A DNA stretch of 64,000 nucleotides from Iphione sp. A-MEVVRFRX5. Taxonomy: Eukaryota. The translations under genes were made by a program, and so were the position numbers. The stretch is taken from the NCBI GenBank assembly GCA_976226885.1, contig OZ320316.1:39742001-39806000 (forward strand), written 5' to 3'. Shown piece after piece: positions 37,474-48,447 of the stretch; within the stretch, counting starts at the first letter, position 1; each line of letters begins with the position of its first letter. The notes below the pieces were generated by a model that was given only the letters and a program-made list of their open reading frames with translations, ran no database searches and was not told the origin of the DNA.

Positions 37474-40400
37474 GTGTGGCCGGGCGGGGAGCACCTGCTA
37501 AGGCTGTCTGCTAGCGGGGTCCGTCCGCTCTGCCTGCCACGCTGGAGACCACTGTCCTCAAAGTGACCACCGCATGGGGTTAAGGCCTCCTCGGACGTCG
37601 GCTCTCTGGAAGATAACACACAGACACGGCGTCATAAAGCTTAGTTCCAAGTCCAAGGGCGTTACGCTGACTCGTGTGGGGGTGTTTGGGAAGAGAGAGA
37701 AGAGGGAGAGCACGCCCCTGGTGTGTGCAACAGTATTCGACGTCCACCACACGCGGAGCTCGGCGCTGGCGTGCGTACGTAGCGCTCGCCCACTCGCGAC
37801 TGACAGCCAGGGCTCGCCACTTCCTGGACGCTCCAACCGCCCGCCACCGCCCGCCGACGGAGGCGCGCCACTGGCTGGTGATGTCAAAAACCAGCGGCCA
37901 ATCTGCTGGTCAGATCGCTGTGCGGCTGCCAGCCCCCAGTACTACCGAGATCCCTCCTTCCCCCAATGCCTCCCTCCCTACTTCCACCAGCACCGCCTGC
38001 CTTAACCCCACCCGTGGCCGCAGCACTGGCGAGAATTATAAGCGGATCCCCTACAATCAGGCCAGTGGTGCCTTTACCGAGGAGGTGTTGGATCACGAAT
38101 GCGTTTTGTGCTGTTGATTTTTGTGAACGTGTCACACACTCTTGCACTGACATGGGCTTTAACCTTAAACTCGCACCCAAGACGACTCGTAATGCAGTTT
38201 ACAGCACGGTCTGTGGCGATGGATCCCGTAGCCTTTTATTATTTAGTCATGGCCCACCGACCCCATTCACGAGCCATATGCTCTGCTCATTGACAAAAAA
38301 AGACCAACCCTTCGACAGTTTTTTTTTTCACGTTGAATTTCATTAAATTAAAACCATCTTAAGTGAACATTCCATGACGCCTTCAGCTTTAACCCAAAGC
38401 GTCTCTGAGCACAGAAACCACTTGGATAATCACCCAAATTAATCTTTTTCCAGCTTACTTAAGTTTGGATCAAATTCCCACAATTTTTCCCGTATTTCTT
38501 TCGACTTCCATCAAGGGAAAGGGGGGGGGGGTTAAACACGAAGTAGAAGCATGGGTGATTGGCAGAGCGTTCTGCTAGGAAATGGGGGGATTCGACATGT
38601 TGACGAGGCCGCATGGACGGCACTGGTGGGCCGGGCCGTCCTCATGGGCGGCGGCCCACAAGGGTTGACCCGGCCGTCTTGTGGCCCCCGTACCCACGCC
38701 TTTGACAATGCGGGGGTCTTACCGGTTTTCTTGGTCGGTCTCTCCCAACCTGAATTGGAGACAATTATTAGCAGCTGCAGGCTAATGTACGAGGCTGGAT
38801 GGGAGCCGGTGAGGGGGGTTGGGGTGGGGGTCGAGGGCAGAGGAGGCGGTGGTTGTTACCCTCTATACCCCCCCCTCCCAACCCAAATCGACCTCACATG
38901 CATATAACCGTGGTTGGGAGGGGGTGCGTAGCTAAAACCTGTCTTTTCATTCTGGGTAGCATGTCAGCCTAACATGTGCAACTCAACATGATTTAGCCGG
39001 AAGGAAGGAAATGGAGAGCTTTGGTAGTTAAAGCTAGGTGACCGAAAGTATGAACTGACGCACTGAATACCCCAATAACACATAAACCTAATTTCGCAAC
39101 AATTTTTCTCATGAAATTCAACCGTCGACTGGTACCTTGCTTTTCGTAGATTAGACAATGTACGTCAGGTAATGGAGTCGGCATGTAGGTGTAAGAAGTT
39201 CACTTTTACTAGGTACACTGTACATGTATAGAAAAAAAATCGTGAAAATATCTTCTTGTTATTATAAAGGGGAAGCACATAATTGTAAACGTTTTAAATC
39301 CACAAAGGCATTTGGATACATGTATTTAATATTCATCGTCAAACTGAAAGTTAAATGTCAAATATAGAGCACTATCAACAATGTTAATTTCTCAGGAACA
39401 TGGAGTTATCACAAACTTTGAAATGGAACAGATACAAAAGGTGAGCTTCTAAACTTTAAATTATTGAACCATAAATAAGTTTGAAAACTTTCTAAGATGT
39501 AAAATGCTGCATTCCAAATGTTAGAATCAATCGAAAATGTCAATGTTTCAAGCCACTAATGGTTGCTTTTTGTCGTTATGAGGGTTGATAAAGGGATTCT
39601 CCTCGACAGACTTGGTTACTGCTCTTTGGTTATTCGCGTATCTGCTGAAGTCAACACAGTCAACACGTCCATGAATTTAATCACTGACAAATTGTCGCAC
39701 TATTATAACGTGGAGGTGTATTTGGTGAATTATGCGGTGTTGGCGAAAAAAAGTCAGCATCATTAAATTGACTGCCGTGTGAGTATTTTTGTCTTGCAAT
39801 GTTGGAATTAACGAAATCATTCGGCAAACGCGATGCAATGTTTTTGTTGTTATATTGAGCTCTGGTTACACCACTCACTTATTGGTTCACTCGTTAGCTT
39901 CTGTGCAAACTGATCGCTACGGGAATGTGTTTGCTCAACCGCTGTAAAAACTGACTCGAGTTGAACGCAGACGACACACAAACTTGGTTTAACTGACAGT
40001 GTGCCCTTGAAGTAGAGGCTGTCACTCAGGCCTGAAAAGCGCGGGCTTTTCAGTCTGCTTCAATGGCAGACACACACTCCACACGACAGGGGCTGCTGTA
40101 TATATGCCGTGTGCAGAATAAAGAAGGGGATAGGGCGGGAGGAGAGGGTGGGAAGGAGGAAGGTTTCATAGTTCACTTCGCAATATAGGCTAAGACAACC
40201 ACGTGGTTCGGGCATACCACGAGTCAAACCCGACATGCAGGCCGACTGCTTCGCGGGGAAGAATTTCTCGCAGCAAGGCGCGCTTTTTAGACACACGTAG
40301 ACACATAATGAGAGGAAATTACGTCTGCCGATTACCATGGGAGAGATTCAACGAGTGCATGATGACCTAGTTACATAAGCACGTGAAGAGGCAACTCCCC

Positions 40401-41883
40401 CCCCCTTGCCCCTCCCGCTCCCTCTCTCGAAGGCATCCCACTCGGAAGCATTCGGTAGAGAAAACCTACTTGGAAAATAGGACAACCAATACTCGAACGT
40501 TTGCTGTAAGAGGGCGCCTCGGAGCTGGTGTTACGTGAAGTTGCGTTGCAAGGCGTACATTGTCAAGGTTTGGCAATATCGCCATCTCCTTCCTGATCTC
40601 CGTCATATTTAAGTGCAAGTCGAAATGTAATTGAAGCATTTATGTGTGCGTTCAAAACACGTGTGGGCATTGACGATTAGAAGCAGGAGTTGATTTTTTC
40701 AAGTTGAAATGTATGTTACCTATGAAAAATACAGCATTCCGAAGGCTGTAACTCTTTTTTTTAATGACAGCTCTTCCATGAACTAGATGTAAATTTGATT
40801 GTTTGAGATTAAGTTGTTCACCTCCTGGTATATAGGGACGCCGCAAATCGCTTTCGGCTCAAAAACACAGCCCATTATCTTCATGGCTTGTCGAGCGAAT
40901 AAGACACCTCCGATATTTTTAAGCCCAGGACCAATTTTCATATTTGAGATCACACAAAACACAACGTTTTCAAAGGGGAGCTCTGCGTGAAACAAGTAAA
41001 AAATTGTAGCATTATCCTTAATGTTTCTTTTTCTGTCTTTCTTATCCAGCATTTAAAAAAGTTTTTAAGGGGAATTCTACGCCTGTTGAGATCCGTGTGG
41101 TGCGTGGTCTTTAAAACTATCACCCATTTTCTTCATTAACGCATTTCTCCATGACTTCGGAATTTCCATTTGAGACCTTTCTCCCCTTGTAGGCTCACTG
41201 ATCAAGGGGCATGTGTGCGGTAGACAAATCAAAAGCATCCTAATGAATTGCTGATGAAGACTAATTTGGGAGAATTTTTGGAGACGTTTCCTCCTCCTTC
41301 ACAAACATTTGGGACTTTATTCTGGTTATTGTTATTTACAAAAGTCGAATGTAACGGCATTAGCACGATGAAATAAGTCTGGGTCGCCGATGAATGTAAT
41401 CCCACTGAAGTCGTCTTGGGAGAACTGAAACAAGAAATCTCTTTATTAATTTAAAATGATTCTGCAGATGTACACGTAGTTTTTGTGCTGAGCCGACTTG
41501 TAGAATTCGATAGTCGAAACGGAATGTAATTTTAATCTGAAATGGTCAAATTACGGGACATTAGAACAAACTGAAACTTAATTAGAGCGTTTGGGATAAG
41601 GACAAAACTTGGCGTGGAATCCACAAAGATGGATTTAGTCGCCAGCTGTGCAGTGTGATTCATAGCGATGTGCCTCCAGGAAGAGAAAGACGTTGAAAAA
41701 GGATCTCTACCAAATCAAACTGTTTCACGCCTCGCACAATGGTCAAATTACACCAACGCAATGGTTCCTGTGCGATCGGCGGCGAGCAAAATCAGTCGAG
41801 GGAGGCGGGAGCTGCGTGCAGAGCATTTAATGCATGTTAATTCGTACTGATGGGTCTATCAGTGCTATAAAGCCAAGTTGGGG

Positions 41884-41940
41884 TTTGGCACAGCCCATAA
41901 AAACGTCCACCTTGGGTTTGTTTATGGCTGGAGTCAGGGC
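41884..41940 (+). ncRNA. Candidate pre-miRNA-like hairpin with miR-96-type seed on the 5' arm (unvalidated)
   Basis: The 5' arm TTTGGCACAGCCCATAAAAAC pairs with the 3' arm TTTGTTTATGGCTGGAGTCAGG (about 19-20 pairs counting G-U, small bulges). Positions 2-8, TTGGCAC, equal the miR-96 seed. The rest does not match miR-96 and the lower stem is weak. Confidence 0.25.
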
Positions 41941-44900
41941 GGGGCCCGGTCGGTTGCACAGAGCTTAACATATGTGCCGACGGACGGAGATTTGTCCGGT
42001 CTGATTTATGTACCTTCCCGCGACGGCCATTGCTGACTGCTTGCTGAACCTGCTGCCATCACCAACAGAACCTTCCAGCTAGGCTGCCTTCCCTCCACAG
42101 GACGCCAATAGCAGGAGCATACAGGCTTCATACTTTCGCCTCAACACTCTCTCCGTCGCCTCCCCCTACTACCTCCTGTGCCACCTTCCCCTCCTGCCTT
42201 CCTCAACGCCCCGTCGTCAGGCACGGTCCTGCTCCTGCAGCGCTAGCTCCGCCTGGTGTGATTAGCTGGAACTAACGACCGGGCGGCGCCGCTATGGTCA
42301 TCGGCCGGTCCGAGGCCCCCTACCGGGTGCCTAATCCGGCTTAATTGGAGTCGCGTGCCGTCAAGTGGACACAAGCGGCCCGAGGGGGCGGGGAGGTCAT
42401 GCCCTTCTGAAAGTGACCGCTGACCGAGTGGGCGCAGGGCTGGCCTCGCTGACCAGTGGGCAGTGTCATCAGCACGGTCGGCAGCCTGTAATTTGATGGT
42501 CACTTGACGGCCGTTGGTCAACACCACTTGGTCAATAGAGCCATTAGCGTAAACAAACAGGGGTGGAGTTCCAGCAAGCCAAAGTCCCCAAGTGAGCAAG
42601 GTGGTGCTATTTATTTTAACAGGTGGGATTTTCTGGTGCGATGAATTGAATTACATTATAGACGACGTGGGACGAAAGGGGAAGCCTGATGGAGTTAAAA
42701 CTCAAATTCAAAGTTAATTTTCCGGAGTTAGATGCTCGTTTGATGGCACAAGGGAAGCAGCAAGTTGAAGTTCGTTAGGGTTGATGGGAGGAGTAGCCAG
42801 CTGAAAGAAAAAATCATAATAAAAATGCTGTCACGCTTGTGGCTATGCTTACTTTTATCATCCCCTCGAGCAGCGAATTAGCAAGCTGAAAACTGCTGAT
42901 CACAGTATCATATTTTAACGAATCTGCTGTTGTATAATTAAAGGAATTTCTTCACTGACGTCAAAGGACGTGGGTTTTCTGGCTGTAACAAGAAGACATT
43001 GATTACGATGTTATTTTGTCCTGTTGCAAAAGGTACGGTCTCACTTTTGGACATAATAGCGCTAGTATTCTCCGCAGCTAAGCCGGTCCTTTTTCAAACG
43101 TGCAAATGTTGTCATTTTTTAACCCATCGGTCCCAATTAAAAGTTTGCTAGTTTTGTAAGCCTGGGGTTGACGTGCTAATTTTCTTGTGTCGAATAACCA
43201 CTTAACCGGGACGAAAAATCGTCATTTCACTCTTTCATAAATACAACATCATTACGTAGATGTCTAATGTAAAAACTGTCTTGCTCTGTTTCGTTCATTG
43301 CTATTAGGCCGCATGCAAGCAAAGGGCCGCTAGGCCAATCAGATGTAACAAGTAATCCTACAGACACCTGACATTTAGAGACCCGCAACGCCGGCGAACG
43401 TGAATAAACCCTACAACGAAATCAACTGACAAATCAACCTAATCTGGCGAAAATTTTATATCAGTTGTTTACAAATTTGTTATCAGTTGATTACAGTTCT
43501 TTACTTCTGGGTTTTATTTCTATTGGAACCCAACCAACGTTACATTTGGATATTTTAAATGCAGAATATCGAATGCTATTACAAAAATTCATGTCCTTGT
43601 AATTGTATTTCCATCGTTCTAATACTGGTAATAAAGTCATTTTACCTAACGGTTTTAATTCGCCTTAAATATCATATTCTAAACAACGCTTACGATGTTC
43701 TTAGGGCTGAACTTAGGGTTTCCCAAACTGATCTTTACACCACCTCCTCAGCTCACGTAGTGCACCCGACAGGTATACATAGTAAACATTCTACTTGAAA
43801 GATATGCAGCGGTAGATGTCTTGAGTAAGCTTGTAACTAGACTTCAAAATTGGGCGAAGGTCGTTCTTTTTTGGTACAAATGGAACTGTGCACTAACTAC
43901 AATGTACTACTTAAAAGGGTTCTGTGAATACTATTCAGTTGTCTGTTTTGATTAACTGTTTCTCAGGGAAATAGTTGCAATATGAAGCATGAAAACATTA
44001 AAATTTTATTTTAAATTCCAGATTATTATCTTCTATGTGGAATTAACTGATCTGTGATGGTTCGGACTAACCCGAAACTCTCCCTCGTTATGGGCGTTTT
44101 AAGTTTGTTTGCATTTACATAATTCTGTTTTCACCTTTAGATACTAACAGTAAACATTTCAAAGAGATGAAGTTGATGCACCTTCATTTGGTTAAAGTTT
44201 GCTGAGTAATTATTTTACTGTACTTATTTATTTCATTGTATCTGTTTTACGACTCCGTCCCTCCCCTATCTTATTTGCACTGTATTTTGCTTCATACGAG
44301 AGGCGTTGTAACATTTCTTTCCTATATTAAAAGGATCACCAAGCCCATGCGAATAACTGAATTATCGGTGGCCCAACTCACTTTGCTTATTCAACAGCTC
44401 TTTTCCATGTTGATCACAGACATGACCTCTTCAAATTGTTGGAATCCCGGACGCCGCGGTGTGTTTTACATGGAAACAAGCGCGCTCGACACACACTCAC
44501 ACCCCGACACACACGCAAGCGCACAAGCATGAGTCCATAGTCGCACAGGCACTGGGTGACGCGCGCTTAAAAAGAGTGAGTTTAAAGGGAGAAAAAGTAA
44601 GTTGCAGTCGGATCAGTGAATGGGCAGAAAGACGAGACACGCGATTGGCATCGCCAAATTGGCGACCACCAGCGTGTGGCGGCGGAAGGCCATGGATGCA
44701 TCTCAACTTGGTGAACATCAAAGCCAGCCGTACAGTCCCTGGCGCAGCCCTCTGCCACCCCGGGACCACCCCACAAGCACAACAACATATTGACGTTGCA
44801 GTCGCTTGAAAAGAAAACTAACAGGCCTAATTTGCGCCCTTCCCCTTTTTTCCAAGCTATTCGCACCTCAAGAGCGTCGCATCTCGAAGGGCGCTCGTCG

Positions 44901-47900
44901 ATTTGCTCAATTTTGTACATAGCACGCATTTTGCACTTGGAACAGTGGCGTTACATGCGTGAGCGACCAGGATGCAACCACTGTACCGCCCGACCAGGAT
45001 TATTGGCTTTTAGCTTTTCAACTCTAAGGTTATGACTCAGCCTCCCTCCACCGAAAAGACACTATTAAAAACGACGTTCGGCGACGACACGAAGCAAGCG
45101 GTAAATCACAGTAAGCGCTTTTGTTTTGTGCGTTAAAATCCAGATCTTCGTGCTGGGCTGCTTGCCGGTGGCACGGTTCACAACGTGCTCGCGGGTTGCG
45201 ACCACCATGTGTTGTTGTCATCTTACAGCCTTCTTTGCAGCCAACTCAGCCATTGGAGCCATTGGCGCGCGCTGTTTGTATTTATGTACGCCTGCTCACA
45301 TAATTCGAGTCGCACGGAGGATGCCGCCACTATCTGTGTTCCTGTTCGCCTACTTGCCTGTCTACCTCGACGCCTGTCTATGCTCTTCTAGTTAAGCACT
45401 CAACTACCTGCATCCCTAGCGCCTGTAGGCGCGGCCCATTCCCCTTCTTTTCTATATCAAGGAGGGGATGGGCCATGGCTACAAATTATTTCAAATGATG
45501 AATTTTTAACGCCGAGTGTTGCGTGACCCTCTTTATATATGGACCTCTGTATTGATCGGATCTCTCTGTCTGTGATGATGCAGTTGGCAGCCAATGGAGT
45601 AATGGCCTACCTCCTCGTCATTCCCGTCTCTCCACTGTACCCATCTTCAACTTCAGTGAACCCAACACACGGGAGCCGCCGACTTCCATATTAAAAAGAT
45701 ATTGTCTACCTAGATACACCCACCTCTAACTAGCTCTATAACCTAGTTACGCTAATCGCGATATTCATTTCTTTCAAACAGGGGAAAGATTTATGTAGAA
45801 TTGCACTATACACTATAAATCGATTTATGTTGAATTATACACTATACACGTACGTGCTATATATACATGTACATACTCGAGGTTGCGAGACCCACAGCTC
45901 AAACATTTACTTGAGAAAAAAAGACATGACATAAGAAGGCCAACTCTATCTACTGTTTCTGTTCTCAGTCCTTCGCTGCGAGCAACCAAAATGGCTATGC
46001 CAAAGGGAAAAGGGCCTTGGCAAAGGAAATTATGCAGACATTGGGTACTGCAAAGCTATCAGTCGGAAAGCCCCCGTAACGACGCGCACTCTGTCGGGGC
46101 ATACTTCTATAACGAGTCGCCCTCGTTAAAGGCATTGCTATTGTTGCGTTCTCTCCAAGCCAGAAGACTACCGTCCAGGAGTGGACTGAAGCATGTCTGC
46201 GAAGCAGTCTGCAGGAGAGCATTCATGGCGTCTTATTGCCAACCAAACTCTTTGTTGTCCACCTGCCCTGGCCCCGTGCTGTTTATTTATCGGCGGGGAC
46301 AATCACTCTTATTAGGCAGTCCGAGATTGGCCTCTATTTTGCAGGTCATCCGATTCGTGCTATCTTGATTTCTCGCTGATCTCGGCAGCGTTATCCCCCG
46401 GCATCTGGAGGCCGGAGAAAATTAGAGGCATAGTCCCGATGGAGCGGGCATCATATAATATGAAGTGGAAGGCGGCGTCGGTCGTCGCTGCAGACCGACG
46501 GACTTGTGGGGCTTGGGGACCTGGGGACAGCTTCGCCGCCACGACAACATTGTCACCCAGAAAGTCTCTGGAGTTATCGCCAACAAGTTGGACCTAAGTT
46601 GGTTTACAGTCCCGCGGGGCGGCGCTCGTCGGGGTGGGGGGTTCTGGCAATCTCGGGTAGGCGTGCCCACGCACGGGCGGGCGCGGACACTGGGCAAGGG
46701 AAATGCCGCCGGCGACAGCCCGACTCGGGGGACCGACAATCTCGGTGCCAAATTGCCACCCGGAAAATGTTCCGCCCTGGAATTAACCACATGCGCGGCA
46801 GTCCCTCGCCCAGCCGCCAATCCCGCACCCTGCTATATTCACCCACCCACACAACTCCCAACACCCACCGACCCCCCCCCCCCTCCCCTACGTTCTACCC
46901 CTTAGTCCCCTGTCTCAGAGCCCACCCCTACACCCTCGGCGTCTTTATATGTCCCGCATGCTGCCACGGGGACGCCGATATGAATTTTGTATGTTCCGTG
47001 CTCAGACTCGGGAGGGTGGAGAGGTCATTATCGGTAAAGGGCCCGGCTGCTCCGCCTGGGACATTGGTTTCAGGCGGAGGCCAACGAAGCCAATTTCCCT
47101 CAGGAAATATTCATGTAAAAGTTGGCGCCTGCTGCTTTCGAACAAAAATGACCATTATAGAGACTGGCGGCACGAGGGAAAGTTTGGAGCACGTGCCATT
47201 TTGCATACTTTCTAGAAATTCACTCCCCACAGACGGACAATAAAGATGATTTCATTTGTGCATAGGGACGTTTACAGAAACTAATCACGTCAGTCTTCTA
47301 ATAGTGTATATATGCACATATATCTATGCTGGTTCATATTTTCACTTGTTTACCCACCCCGATGTGGTGCATGTATAAACAGTTTAATCTGAGAAAATGG
47401 CCACAAAGTGTTAAGGTGTTTAAATTGGTCACGTGCGTTAACACTTTCTGTATTTATGTATACATGTATACCAAGAAATACTAAGTGAGCCGTAGGTGAA
47501 GAGCCGTTGACACTTCAGCTCCTAGGGAGATTAATTTCACACTCACAAGCAACTCGGCATAGCATCTTATCAGAAGCAGATGGAGGCACACTTTTAGCAC
47601 CTTCCGACACACAGGGGCAGGCGCTATAAGTAAGGAGAGGCAAAAAGAATCCATCGCTTTTACAGTTTTTTTCTTGATTAGCGGGATCAGGGAGTGGGTC
47701 CAAATGTTTGAAGATGATATGACCGGCACTCGACAGAAAGCTGTAGTGTTCCTCGACAGCCAGAATAAACAAAGCTTAGAGATCGAATTGCAAATGTGTC
47801 TACCGGTGCTGTGTGGTCGGCGAGCCGGTGCAGAAGGGAGGCGGGCATGTGGACAGGACTCGTCCGACACAGGCAAGTCGAGACGCAGACCCATCGAAGG

Positions 47901-48416
47901 AAATCTCCTTGAAGATGTTTCAGTGCAGGAAATGTAATATGTTGGATTTCCTATTTGCCGATGGCAGATATACTGTTGCGCCACCTAAATGCTGCCGGGT
48001 TTCCGCTCTCTGATCTGGGCGTTGCCTTGTTGACAGCTATTCGGCAGTTATACTCTTATAACTTCACGTATATGACTTGATGTAGAATCATTAGGGTGTT
48101 ATTTCTCCTGAGAAATTTGCATATATTACTAATTTCGCATATGCAAGAACAGCTTAAAGTCGGTTTCATTGCATATATAGTTTCTTTTATACATATACTC
48201 TGATAATGAAGTATTGTTATGATACTCTCTTACTTAAAAAGTATTCGACTATTCTATGTAAAACCATATTCCATAAACCCCTAGTGTTTTAAGGCTTTAA
48301 AAACAGTTCCCGACAGGTATAGCATCATAGTACATGCGATGTGAATAACCTCCTTCAAGAACACCCAAAGAATGGGATGTCAGGCGACGCCCCTCTTTAA
48401 GAAAATCTGCAGATAT

Positions 48417-48447
48417 GAATATATGTATATATATATATATACACACA
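48417..48447. repeat. (TA)n/(CA)n tract
   Basis: Direct reading. Confidence 0.85.

Noticed and set aside
39623-39633. 11-nt match to the 5' end of miR-9
   Set aside because: The rest of the mature sequence differs and there is no complementary arm.
40032-40053. Perfect 9-bp hairpin, also a GC hairpin at 38626-38659
   Set aside because: About two perfect 9-bp stems are expected by chance per window; bacterial-type terminators are irrelevant here.
47065-47082. TGGTTTCAG (WFQ) resembles homeobox helix 3
   Set aside because: No NRR continuation and no upstream helix 1/2 residues. Other WF(Q) hits on both strands failed the same way.
46506-47243. Longest ORF (245 aa)
   Set aside because: Low-complexity translation, no domain, overlapping ORFs of similar quality in other frames; explained by few stops in GC-rich DNA.
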